This document shows, in pieces, positions 27,109 to 36,199 of a stretch of DNA of 64,000 bases (its first letter is position 1; each line of letters begins with the position of its first letter). The notes under the pieces are model-generated. The model saw only the letters and a program-made list of their open reading frames with translations. It was not told where the DNA came from and searched no databases. Origin of the DNA: Vicinamibacterales bacterium (GTDB taxonomy: Bacteria > Acidobacteriota > Vicinamibacteria > Vicinamibacterales > CAVVIG01); NCBI GenBank assembly GCA_050249955.1, contig JBFWPN010000003.1:503204-567203 (forward strand), in the 5' to 3' direction. Made by a program: the position numbers and the translations under genes.

Positions 27109-28728
27109 TCACCCCTGCGACCTCGCCGCCCGCTTCTGCTCCATCGCCCGCTCCTGCTGCAGCCGCTCGAGTTCCACCTCGGAGTGATCCGCGAACCGCA
27201 TCGCGTCCGCGATGGCGCGGTGTCCCGCCACATCGGCAATGGCGCGATGCATGGCCTGGCAGACGCGCCGATAGGACGGGTGCCCCTGAGGCGCCGTCCG
27301 CAGCTCGATGACGTGCATCGCCTCGCGCGCGTTCATGTCCATGTAGAACCGCACGCGGTAGGCCATCGACACGGCGTAGGGTGCCACGGCGGCCAGCCCG
27401 TGCTCCGCCAGCTCGCCGTACAGGTCGGCAGACCGCGACATCACGTCGCGCCACTCGGCCTGCGCACCGGCCTCCTCGAGCGCCGCCGGCTCGATGTAGC
27501 CATGGTCCGGGGACAGCGGCTGCCACTCGAGGGTCAGCAGGCGATGCCGCTGCAGGTCGCGGAAGGCCCCGTAGTCGGCCAGCACGTCGAAGCGGTAGCG
27601 CGTGCGCTCGAAGGCACGCCCCGGCTTGTGCCGCCGGTTCGTCCGGTCGCCGACGTATGCCCGCAGCACGGCGGCGCGATCGTCTGCGGACATCCCACGG
27701 GCCACGCCCAGCAGCTGATCGTCCGGGAGGTTGGTGACCGCGTACAGCGCCGAGGCCACCACCTTGAGCTCGCCCTCCGGGTCGAACTCGCTCAGCGTGA
27801 CCTCGTCGCGGCGTTCCGGCTGGCGATCGCCGACACGACCGGCCACGGCCGCCAGTGTGGCCTCACGCACCTGTTCGAAGTACTGCACCCAGCGCCCACC
27901 ACGATCGGGCTGCGGAATGCGCGCGACGAACGCCGGCATCACCTGCTGCAGCTCGGCCAGCAGCATGTCCCCGTAGGCACGGACCTCCTCGAGCGGGTTG
28001 GCCCGCATCCGGAGGATCAGCGCCTCATACGCCTGCCCCGTGCCGTAGAGCCCCAGGTTCGAGGTGGTGGCAGCCGGCAGCAATCCCCGGAGGGTATCCA
28101 GCGCCTTCGCACGGATCACCGATCGGTAGACACCGTCCGAATCCTCCGGCGCCTTGGGATACCGCGCACGGAAGTGCGCCTCCATCGCCGGGATCCACTT
28201 CGCGTAGGTCTCGAACGCGAAGTCCAGCGTCGACTCGAAGCGCCCGGCCAGCGGGGACCGCCGCACTTCAGCCGGCACGTGATACTTCCAGCGGCCGTGC
28301 GGCTTCGCGGTATACGGCACATAGCGGGTGGACTGCTCGAGGTAAGCCATGAGCCGCCCCCACTCCAGCACCTTGGTGAGGATGTTCGACACCCCCTCGC
28401 ACGCCACATGCGCCCCGCCGAGCTGCGCGACCGAGTCGTCGCCGTACTCGTTGAACACCTTGGCATACAGCCGGTCGGCCCGCTCCGACCCTGCCGCGCC
28501 CGCGACCGACGGCCCACCAGACGCCCCGATCTCCCCGAGGAACTCGTCCAGGAAGAGACGGCGCAACGACTTCGCCGACCGCGAATATCGCGAGAAGAGC
28601 GCGCCCTTCACGGTCTCGGGCAGGTTGCGCAGCGCGAAGACCGGGCGGTCGGTATTGGTGAAGTAGGGCTCGAGCGCGCGGACCTCGTCCGCAGTGAACG
28701 TGTCCGGCGTCAGGGGGGCAATGGTCAC
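27109..28728 (-). CDS. thyX: FAD-dependent thymidylate synthase, tandem two-domain form
   Basis: GDDSVAQL, EQSTRY, RGLLP, DLQRHR, ELRT..QGH; TACAAT 11 nt upstream of GTG. Confidence 0.85.
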   Translation of the reverse strand: MTIAPLTPDTFTADEVRALEPYFTNTDRPVFALRNLPETVKGALFSRYSRSAKSLRRLFLDEFLGEIGASGGPSVAGAAGSERADRLYAKVFNEYGDDSVAQLGGAHVACEGVSNILTKVLEWGRLMAYLEQSTRYVPYTAKPHGRWKYHVPAEVRRSPLAGRFESTLDFAFETYAKWIPAMEAHFRARYPKAPEDSDGVYRSVIRAKALDTLRGLLPAATTSNLGLYGTGQAYEALILRMRANPLEEVRAYGDMLLAELQQVMPAFVARIPQPDRGGRWVQYFEQVREATLAAVAGRVGDRQPERRDEVTLSEFDPEGELKVVASALYAVTNLPDDQLLGVARGMSADDRAAVLRAYVGDRTNRRHKPGRAFERTRYRFDVLADYGAFRDLQRHRLLTLEWQPLSPDHGYIEPAALEEAGAQAEWRDVMSRSADLYGELAEHGLAAVAPYAVSMAYRVRFYMDMNAREAMHVIELRTAPQGHPSYRRVCQAMHRAIADVAGHRAIADAMRFADHSEVELERLQQERAMEQKRAARSQG

Positions 28729-28837
28729 GGCAGCTCGGTATTGTACCTGCCGCCACGGCCCCACCGGCGCCACCCTCGGCGACCGCCGGTCATCCACGCA
28801 CCGTCTGAAATCATCATGAGGTAATATTTCACAGGAA

Positions 28838-29227
28838 ATGAGCGTGCTCCCTCGCGCACCACGCCGTGCCCCGCGTGCCGACCCGGGCCTGGTCACCACC
28901 AGGGCCGTGTTGAGGGCCGCAGTACGGCTCGGCGTCTCCAACAAGGCACTGGCCGGCATCATCGGCGTCTCTGAGGCCACCGTGTCCCGCATGGGGTCCG
29001 GCACCTGGCACCTCACGCCGGGAGACAAGGCGTTCGAGCTGGCGCTCCTCTTCATCCGGCTGTTCCGATCACTCGACGCGATCACCGACGGAGACGAGAC
29101 GGTCGCCGCCGCCTGGCTGCGAGCGGAGAACCGCGCGCTCGGCCAGCCGCCGCTGGCACTCGTGCAGACCATCGCGGGGCTCGTGCATGTCCTCGGCTAC
29201 CTGGACACCCGCCGCTCTCTCGCGTGA
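28838..29227 (+). CDS. Xre/MbcA/ParS-type antitoxin
   Basis: HTH LAGIIGVSEATVSRM; C-terminal WLRAENRAL..PL. Confidence 0.88.
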   Translation: MSVLPRAPRRAPRADPGLVTTRAVLRAAVRLGVSNKALAGIIGVSEATVSRMGSGTWHLTPGDKAFELALLFIRLFRSLDAITDGDETVAAAWLRAENRALGQPPLALVQTIAGLVHVLGYLDTRRSLA

Positions 29228-29978
29228 GCGGCGCGCCCTCGAGGGCACCTGCTGGCGCATCGTCGAGTCACAGAACCGCGTGTCGACGATGAAGCTGGTG
29301 GACACGCTCGAGGACCAGGCCCTGCTCGAGGAGCTCCTGGAACCGACAAAGCCGCCGGTCCCAGCCGAGTGCCGGCACCTGGACTTCCTGCTCTTCACCC
29401 CGTTCCGGTACGACGCGCCGTACCCGAAGGGGTCGCGGTTCAGGGCGGCCGGGTTCACCCCCGGGGTCTTCTACGGGTCGGAGTCGGCGGACACGGCCGT
29501 GGCAGAGATGACGTTTCACCGGCTGCTCTTCTTCGCGGATGCGCCGGGTGTGCCGTGGCCACGGAACGCGGGTGAGTACACGGTGTTCTCGGTGCCGTTC
29601 CGCACCGCGGCCACCCTCGACCTGACCGCTCCGCCGCTGGCGAAGGACGCGGCCACCTGGACCCATCCGACCAGCTATGGCCCATGTCAGGCGCTGGCCG
29701 GCGCGGCGAGGGAGGCGGGCATGGAGGTGCTGCGCTACGCCTCGGCCCGGGTGGGGAGCGGCACCGCGGTGAACCTGGCGCTGCTCACCTGCGGGGTGTT
29801 CGCCGCGCGGCGTCCCGCTGCGCGCCAGACCTGGCGCCTGCTGCTCGGGCCGCAGGGTGCGCGGGCGGTCTGCGAGCGTCCACGCCGCCGGCTGCAGTTC
29901 GACCGCGAGGCGTTCGGGGCAGACCCGCGCATCCGCACACTGGACTGGGACCGCGACCGCTGGCCGCGCGGCCGCTGA
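29187..29978 (+). CDS. RES-domain toxin (NAD+ phosphorylase/ADP-ribosyltransferase family)
   Basis: PFRY..GSRFR, GVFYGS..TAVAE, RYASAR. Confidence 0.88.
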   Translation: MSSATWTPAALSRERRALEGTCWRIVESQNRVSTMKLVDTLEDQALLEELLEPTKPPVPAECRHLDFLLFTPFRYDAPYPKGSRFRAAGFTPGVFYGSESADTAVAEMTFHRLLFFADAPGVPWPRNAGEYTVFSVPFRTAATLDLTAPPLAKDAATWTHPTSYGPCQALAGAAREAGMEVLRYASARVGSGTAVNLALLTCGVFAARRPAARQTWRLLLGPQGARAVCERPRRRLQFDREAFGADPRIRTLDWDRDRWPRGR

Positions 29979-29988
29979 CGCCGCCGTC

Positions 29989-31326
29989 CTACTCGTAGCG
30001 CAAGGCGTCGATCGGGTCGAGCCTCGATGCCTTCAGCGCGGGTAGGAGGCCCGCCACCAGCCCCACGGCCATCAGGATCGCGGCGCACGTGCCGACCAGC
30101 GGCGCCGACATCACCAGGTGGATGTCCGAGATGCGGCTCGCGTCGTCCATGAGTTCGGAGAGGAAGGGACGGGGGCTCAGGAGCCAGACCAGGAAGTAGG
30201 AGAAGCCGATGCCGATGGCGCCTCCGGCGAACGTGGTGACCAGCCCCTCGAGCAGGAACTGCAGCAGGATCTGGCGACGGCTCGCGCCGAGCGCCATGCG
30301 TACGCCGATCTCGCGCGTCCGCTCCTGGACGTTGACGAACATGATGTTCATGATGCCGACGCCGCCGATGGCCAGCGTCAGCACGCCGATGAAGGTCAGC
30401 ACCAGCTTGAGCCCCGTGATGATGCCACCCACAATCTGCTGCGCCATCGCCGCGCCGAACATGTTGGCGGCACGCTCGTCGGTCGGGTCGTAGCGATAGC
30501 GCCCCGCGATGTACTCACGCACCTGCTTCTCGGCCTTGAAGTACTGCGCCGCTGACACCGACCGCCAGACGACGATGCCGACCTGCTTGGTGTCCATCAA
30601 CCCACTGGCGGTGGTCCACGGAATGAAGATGCAGTACTTGTCCGGCCTGTTGTAGTTGGACATCTGCACCTTGTCCTGCATCACACCGACCACGTCGAAC
30701 GGCACACCGGCGATGCGAATGGACTCGCCGACCGCCGGGAGGCCGCCGAACAGTTTCCGCTGCACCTCGCTGCCGATGAAGGCCACGCGCCGGTGCAACC
30801 GCACATCCTCCTCGTCGAGGAACCGGCCGCCTGGCAGTGGACGCTCGCTGCGCATCTCGCCGTAGCTGGCCGCGACCGCGCGGATCATGTGGCTGGACAC
30901 CTTGTTCCCGAAGGTGACCGGGAACTCCTTCATGAACTCCGGGCTCGCCGTGGACACGAGCGGCAGGGCCTCGATCGCCTCGACGTCGGCCACCGTGAGG
31001 CGCACGCGCTTGCCGGCGCGTTCACCTCCGGCCTGCTTGCTCGTCTGTCCCATCATCGTCACGGCCACCCCGTCGCCAAAGGCGCCGGCGAAGCCGGCCT
31101 CGATCGCTGCGCGGAAGCCGTCGCCGTAGGCCAGGAGCACGACCACGGACACGATGCCCCACGAGATGCCGAGCATGGAGAGCGCGGCCCGGAACCAGTG
31201 GTGGTAGAGGCCGGTGACCGCCTGGACCGCCACCTCGCGCAGCATGCCTGGTGAGAGCATGCTGCGCGAGTGCGGATGGGGCCGGGGGGCCGGAATGGGG
31301 TCTGCAGCCGTCCGCGAGACGCTCAT
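29989..31326 (-). CDS. ABC transporter permease, MacB-like
   Basis: GGVGIMNIM..VQERTREIGVRMALGA, ASRLDPIDALRYE; start uncertain. Confidence 0.9.
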   Translation of the reverse strand: MSVSRTAADPIPAPRPHPHSRSMLSPGMLREVAVQAVTGLYHHWFRAALSMLGISWGIVSVVVLLAYGDGFRAAIEAGFAGAFGDGVAVTMMGQTSKQAGGERAGKRVRLTVADVEAIEALPLVSTASPEFMKEFPVTFGNKVSSHMIRAVAASYGEMRSERPLPGGRFLDEEDVRLHRRVAFIGSEVQRKLFGGLPAVGESIRIAGVPFDVVGVMQDKVQMSNYNRPDKYCIFIPWTTASGLMDTKQVGIVVWRSVSAAQYFKAEKQVREYIAGRYRYDPTDERAANMFGAAMAQQIVGGIITGLKLVLTFIGVLTLAIGGVGIMNIMFVNVQERTREIGVRMALGASRRQILLQFLLEGLVTTFAGGAIGIGFSYFLVWLLSPRPFLSELMDDASRISDIHLVMSAPLVGTCAAILMAVGLVAGLLPALKASRLDPIDALRYE

Positions 31327-31328
31327 GC

Positions 31329-32624
31329 CTACATCTCGAAGCGCAGGGCGTCCACGGGCGGAAGCTCCGCGGCGCGCCGTGCCGGATAGGTGGACGTGGC
31401 GATGCCGATCAGCACCAGCACCACCAGCGAGCCGACCGCCGCCTCCCAGGGGAGGATCATCCCGGCGAAGCGGTTGGGCATGGGTGCGAGGTTGATCAGC
31501 TTGCAGAGGCCGAGCGCCATGCCGAGCCCGGCGCCGCCGCTCAGGATCGTCAGGAAGAACCCTTCCATGAAGAACTGCTGCTGGATGCTGCGCGTGGTCG
31601 CCCCGAGCGCCTTGCGGACGCCGATCTCGCGGGTGCGCTCCTTCACGGCAATCAGCATGATGTTCATCACGCCGATGCCGCCCAGGGCCAGCGTGACGAT
31701 GCCGACGATCGAAAAGAAGTCGCGCATGCGGTCGATCATGCGGCCGAACATCAGCGTCTCGAGCGAGGTGTCCCACATGGTCACCGCCTGGGTGTCCTGG
31801 GGGTCGAAGCCGTGGCGGCGCGCCAGCACGGCCCGCACGTTGGTCTCGAGCGGCCAGCGGATGTCCTCGATGCGACCAGTGCGCTCGTTCAGCACGCGTG
31901 GCAGGTCGGCCACCACGAACGGCTTCGGCGCGACGACGATGTCGGAGAGGGTGCCTGGAGGGGCGTCCTTCCGCGGCATGTCCTGCAGCATGGCCGCGAA
32001 CGGCACGAAGATCTTCCCGTTGTCCGGTCCGTTGTAGTTGGAGTCCTGATCCTTCTTCCGGATCTTGCCGACCACGGTGTACGGGATGCCCTCGAGCATG
32101 AGCGTCTCGCCGAGGATGTTCCGCTTGCCGAACAGCTGGTCGGCCATGTCGTGCCCGACGATGGCAACGCGGGAGACCTGCTGCTCGTCGGTCCAGGTGA
32201 AGTGACGGCCGTACTCGAGTTCGATGGTGCGGATCTTCTGGTAGGGCGGCTCGACGCCGGTGACACGGGCTGACGCGGCGTTGTAGAGGCTCTTGGCGCG
32301 GGCGCCACCCCGTTCGAGCTCAGGGCTGACCACCGCCACCATGGAGGCCTCTTCCGCGATCGCCCGTGCGTCGTCGACGGTGAGGAACACCTGCGAGCCT
32401 GCCCGCTCGCCGCCAGCCTGCAGGCTGGTCCGTCCGCCCCAGACGATGCCGATGTTCTGGCCGAGTTCGCGCAGCACCTGATCGTTGCCGCGCCTGAAGC
32501 CCTCGCCGGTGGCCGAGAGGATGACCACCGAGATCATGCCCCACAGGATGCCGAACATCGTGAGGAAGCTGCGCAGGCGGTTGGCGCGCAGGTTGTCGAT
32601 GGACTGGACGAACGTCTCGCGCAT
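31329..32624 (-). CDS. ABC transporter permease, MacB-like
   Basis: RSFLTMFGI, GGIGVMNIML..VKERTREIGVRKALGA. Confidence 0.92.
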   Translation of the reverse strand: MRETFVQSIDNLRANRLRSFLTMFGILWGMISVVILSATGEGFRRGNDQVLRELGQNIGIVWGGRTSLQAGGERAGSQVFLTVDDARAIAEEASMVAVVSPELERGGARAKSLYNAASARVTGVEPPYQKIRTIELEYGRHFTWTDEQQVSRVAIVGHDMADQLFGKRNILGETLMLEGIPYTVVGKIRKKDQDSNYNGPDNGKIFVPFAAMLQDMPRKDAPPGTLSDIVVAPKPFVVADLPRVLNERTGRIEDIRWPLETNVRAVLARRHGFDPQDTQAVTMWDTSLETLMFGRMIDRMRDFFSIVGIVTLALGGIGVMNIMLIAVKERTREIGVRKALGATTRSIQQQFFMEGFFLTILSGGAGLGMALGLCKLINLAPMPNRFAGMILPWEAAVGSLVVLVLIGIATSTYPARRAAELPPVDALRFEM

Positions 32625-32640
32625 CGGCGTGGTCCGGGGA

Positions 32641-33843
32641 CTACGAGGGCAGCACGATCCGGTCGCTTTCCTTCACGCCCTCGAGCACCTGGATGCGCGT
32701 GCCGTTGCCGATGCCGAGCTTCACCGGGATGCGGCGGCGGCCGGTCCTGGCCGAGGGATCGAGCAGGTCGACAAAGGCGTTCTTCTGGGCGTCGTAGATG
32801 ATCGCGGCCTCGGAGACGAGCAGCGAGCCGGGGTGCTCGTCCAGCACGATCTCGGCGTTGGCCGTCATGTTGGCCTTGAGTTCCTTGCCCGGGTTGTCAA
32901 TCGAGACGCGCACCTCGAAGTTCGTGACGTTGTCCTTCTCCACGCCCATCGGGGAGATCTGGGTGACGCGCCCCTCGAAGATCTTGTCGCGGAACGTCTC
33001 GACCCGGATGCGCGCGGGCTGCCCGAGCTGCACGCGGCCGATGTCGGCTTCATCCACCTTGCCGCGGACGAACACCTGGTCGATGTCGCCCAGGGTCATG
33101 ACGAGTGAAGCGTTCGCGCCCAGGTTGAGGATGGAGGAGACCGGGCTGCCGATCTCCACGTCACGCGTGAGGACGGTGGCCCTGATCGGCGCGCGGATGG
33201 TGGCGTTGGCGAGGTCCTCGGCGGCCCGGTCGGCGGCGGCCTTGGCTTGGGCCACCTGCGCACGGGCCTCGGAGACGCGCGCCTGGCTGACGAAGAGCTG
33301 TGACTGCGCGGCACGGCGTCGGTTCTCGGCCACTTCCACGGCGCTCTGCGCGTCGTCCAGCGCCGACTGCGAGACCAGGTGCTGATCGAACAGCGACTTC
33401 GCGCGCTCGTAGGCGCGGCGGGCGAACGCCACGTCGGGCCCTTCGGCCTCGACGGTGTTCTTCTTCAGTTGCGCCTCGGCCCCTTCGAGGGCGGCCCGGG
33501 CCGCCAGCAGGTTGGCCTCGGCACCGCGCACCTGGGCGAGCAGTTGATCCTTGTCCAGCTCGGCCAGGATGTCGCCTTCGCTCACGACGCTGTCGACGTT
33601 CACGCTGAGCGCCTTGATGATCCCGTTCGCCTTCGACTTGATCTCGATCTTCGTGATCGGCTCGACCTTGCCGGTCGCGACCACCGAACGGACCATCGTG
33701 CCCCGCTCGACGGTGACGACCTTCGAGTCGTCGATGTCCACGGAGGCGCCCTTCAGGGTGACGTAGCCTGCGGCGCCGATACCCACGACGGCGAGCACGC
33801 CGAGCGCCAGATACAGACGGGTGCGGGGAGGTGTGGCCGGCAT
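32641..33843 (-). CDS. Efflux periplasmic adaptor subunit (MacA-like)
   Basis: N-terminal TM, lipoyl halves, coiled-coil hairpin, VDEADIG. Confidence 0.92.
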   Translation of the reverse strand: MPATPPRTRLYLALGVLAVVGIGAAGYVTLKGASVDIDDSKVVTVERGTMVRSVVATGKVEPITKIEIKSKANGIIKALSVNVDSVVSEGDILAELDKDQLLAQVRGAEANLLAARAALEGAEAQLKKNTVEAEGPDVAFARRAYERAKSLFDQHLVSQSALDDAQSAVEVAENRRRAAQSQLFVSQARVSEARAQVAQAKAAADRAAEDLANATIRAPIRATVLTRDVEIGSPVSSILNLGANASLVMTLGDIDQVFVRGKVDEADIGRVQLGQPARIRVETFRDKIFEGRVTQISPMGVEKDNVTNFEVRVSIDNPGKELKANMTANAEIVLDEHPGSLLVSEAAIIYDAQKNAFVDLLDPSARTGRRRIPVKLGIGNGTRIQVLEGVKESDRIVLPS

Positions 33844-33852
33844 ACCTGCATT

Positions 33853-33879
33853 TACGGAGGCGGCCCGGCCGAAGTTCAC
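33853..33879 (-). promoter_or_regulatory. Candidate ECF promoter GTGAAC-N17-CGTA
   Basis: SigW-like motif just upstream of ATG 33843. Confidence 0.5.
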
Positions 33880-33906
33880 CACCTGCGCGGTAATATCAAG
33901 GCACCG

Positions 33907-34200
33907 ATGTGGATCCTGCAGGCCTTCGGCGCCGAGACCGAGCCCCTGACGTTCCGACTCTCCCCCGGCTCCATCAAGACCATCGGCCGCTCAGCTGGCG
34001 CGGAGCTGATCCTCGACGCCGCGCTCGTCTCGCGCATCCATTGCCGGCTCGAGGCCAACGACGAAACCCTCGAGGTGGTCGACCTCGAAAGCACGAACGG
34101 GGTCTACGTCAATGGCGAGCGGGTGAATCGCGCCCACCTCATTCCGGGCGATCGCCTCAAGGTGGGAAGGGTCGAGCTGCAGGTGGGACGCACGGAGTGA
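33907..34200 (+). CDS. Stand-alone FHA domain protein
   Basis: IGR, VSRIH, DLESTNGVYVNG, GD.L.VG. Confidence 0.92.
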   Translation: MWILQAFGAETEPLTFRLSPGSIKTIGRSAGAELILDAALVSRIHCRLEANDETLEVVDLESTNGVYVNGERVNRAHLIPGDRLKVGRVELQVGRTE

Positions 34201-34205
34201 GACAC

Positions 34206-34306
34206 ATTGCGGATTGCGGACTGCCAATTGCTGATTGGAAACCTCAGGTCCCCACCCTAGCGATTCGCAATTCGCAATTAGCGGTTCGCAATTAGCGATT
34301 CGCGAT
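34206..34306. repeat. Opposed heptamer arrays (ATTGCGG-like x5 and TCGCAAT-like x7) between convergent genes
   Basis: The two arrays are approximate reverse complements, so they can form a long imperfect hairpin. Confidence 0.8.
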
Positions 34307-34307
34307 T

Positions 34308-34958
34308 CTAGAGGTTCTGCAAGAACGGATTGGTCTTCCGTTCGCGCCCGATCGTCGTGTCGGGTCCATGGCCCGGGTACACGCGGGCCTCGTCGCCGAA
34401 CGGGAACAGCACCGAGCGGATCGACCCGATGAGCGTGGCGTAGTCGCCACCCGGAAGGTCGGTGCGGCCGATCGAGCCGGCGAACAGCGTGTCGCCAACG
34501 AACAGGTCGAGCCCGCGTTCACCCGTGCGCGCCACCTCGAGGCAGACGCCTCCCGGGCAGTGGCCGGGCGTGTGATGCGGTCGGGCCTCGAAGTCGCCGA
34601 ACGTGATCGCATCACCGGCCGTGTAGAACCGGTCGATGGGTGGCGGGGGCCCGTCCATGGCAAGCCCGAAGTACGCCGCCTGCTCGGCCGCGCGCTCGTA
34701 GAGGAAGAGGTCGTCGTGGTGGAGGTGTACCGGCACGTCGAGCGCCCGCTTCGCGGGCCCCACGCCGGTCACGTGGTCGACATGCGCGTGCGTCAGCAGG
34801 ATGTGGAGAATGCGCAGGTCCTCCTGCTCGACGAACTCCAGCAGGCCGTCCACCTCGTCACCTGGGTCGATCAGCACGCCCTGCCGTGTCCTCGGACACG
34901 CCACGACGAAGCCGTTCTTGTGGAACGGGGCGACCGCCTGCGACTCGATTATGATCAC
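34308..34958 (-). CDS. MBL-fold metallo-hydrolase (glyoxalase II/YcbL-like)
   Basis: LTHAHVDH, TPGHCPG, GDTLF.GSIGRTDLPGG, PGHGP..E...NPF. Confidence 0.93.
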   Translation of the reverse strand: MIIIESQAVAPFHKNGFVVACPRTRQGVLIDPGDEVDGLLEFVEQEDLRILHILLTHAHVDHVTGVGPAKRALDVPVHLHHDDLFLYERAAEQAAYFGLAMDGPPPPIDRFYTAGDAITFGDFEARPHHTPGHCPGGVCLEVARTGERGLDLFVGDTLFAGSIGRTDLPGGDYATLIGSIRSVLFPFGDEARVYPGHGPDTTIGRERKTNPFLQNL

Positions 34959-34970
34959 GTCGTGATTCTA
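34950..34970. promoter_or_regulatory. Symmetric bidirectional leaderless promoter
   Basis: TATGAT(+) and TAGAAT(-) each 6 nt before divergent GTG starts 34962 and 34958. Confidence 0.65.
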
Positions 34971-35333
34971 GCAATCCTCGACGACCTGATGTTCACGTCG
35001 AAGATCCGCTCGGCGGCCGCGCACACCGGCGCCACGGTGGCGTTCGTGCGCTCGGCGCAGGGGGCGCTGGACCAGATGCGCGCACAGACGCCGGCGCTGG
35101 TCATCCTCGACCTGAACAATCCGCGCACCAATCCGCTCGGCATCGTGGCGGCGATGAAGGCCGACCCCACGCTCGCGTCAGTGCCCACGATGGGTTACGT
35201 CTCACACGTCGATACCGCCACGATTGCCGCGGCACGCGACGCGGGCGTGTCGGACGTGATGGCGCGATCGGGATTTGCGGCGGCGCTGCCCGGCCTGCTC
35301 GCCGCGCACGCACCGTCCGAGCCGCCAGCCTAG
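34962..35333 (+). CDS. Single-domain response regulator (CheY-like, atypical)
   Basis: ILDDL, PALVILDL, AARDAGVSDVMARS (conserved Lys absent). Confidence 0.78.
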   Translation: MILAILDDLMFTSKIRSAAAHTGATVAFVRSAQGALDQMRAQTPALVILDLNNPRTNPLGIVAAMKADPTLASVPTMGYVSHVDTATIAAARDAGVSDVMARSGFAAALPGLLAAHAPSEPPA

Positions 35334-36166
35334 GCCAGGGCCACCCAGGCGATCGCCGCGATCGCCGCCAGCGCGAGGGCCACCCAGAGGCCAGGCCGCA
35401 CCTTCGCTTCGGCCGTCAGCAGGGGTTCGGTGGCAGCGGGCATGGGGACAGTCGGCGCGGGGACCGCAGTCAGGCGCAGCATCGCATCCCTCAGGGCAGC
35501 CGACGCAAGCGCCATCGACGGGAACACTTCCGTCCCTGTCTCGGCGAGCAGCCGCTTGAGGATCGGGCGCACCGCCTCCGGCAGGTGGTCGTTGCGGAGT
35601 TCGGCCGGCCAGCCACGCCGGATCGGGCGGCCCACCAGCATCTCGAAGACCACCTCGCCGAGCCCCACATAGTCGTCGCAGCGCTCGCTCTCGGCCGCCG
35701 AGGTCCAGGCCAGCATGCCCACGTCCAGGATCTTCACCGCCCCTTTCATCGTCACCAGGATGCGGCGGGAAGACAGTGCTCCGTGTTCGAGCCCCTCGGC
35801 GTGCGCCGCGGCCAGGCCGTCGGCAATCTGCACGGCGAGATCCAAGGCGCGCTTCGGGTTGAGCGGAGTGCCGTGCACCAACTCCGACAGGCGTTCGCCC
35901 GAGACGAACTCCGAGGCCAGGAAGGTGACGCCGTGGTCCTGGCCGTCTTCGTAGAGCGCCGGCAGGACCGGATGTGACGCGGCCGTGGCGCGGTCGACGT
36001 CCTTCAGCAGGGCCGTCAGGCGCGTGGCATCGGCAACGAGATCGGGTGCAAGAATGCGCAGCGCCACGGTGCGGCCCCGTTCGAGGTCGCGGGCGCGATG
36101 CAGCGCGCCCAGCGTACCGGTCCCGATCGGCTCCAGCAGCTGGTACCGGCCGACCGTCTCGGACAC
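35330..36166 (-). CDS. Membrane-anchored Hanks-type Ser/Thr kinase-like protein, probable pseudokinase
   Basis: GRYQLLEPIGTGTLG, VALR, HGALSSRRI, KILDVG; C-terminal TM. Confidence 0.8.
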   Translation of the reverse strand: MSETVGRYQLLEPIGTGTLGALHRARDLERGRTVALRILAPDLVADATRLTALLKDVDRATAASHPVLPALYEDGQDHGVTFLASEFVSGERLSELVHGTPLNPKRALDLAVQIADGLAAAHAEGLEHGALSSRRILVTMKGAVKILDVGMLAWTSAAESERCDDYVGLGEVVFEMLVGRPIRRGWPAELRNDHLPEAVRPILKRLLAETGTEVFPSMALASAALRDAMLRLTAVPAPTVPMPAATEPLLTAEAKVRPGLWVALALAAIAAIAWVALA

Positions 36167-36199
36167 ACCGTTGCCCGGAACTATACTGGGCTCTCCTAC

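Noticed and set aside
34206-34306. Possible CRISPR array
   Set aside because: Units are 7 nt and contiguous, with no unique spacers and no cas genes.
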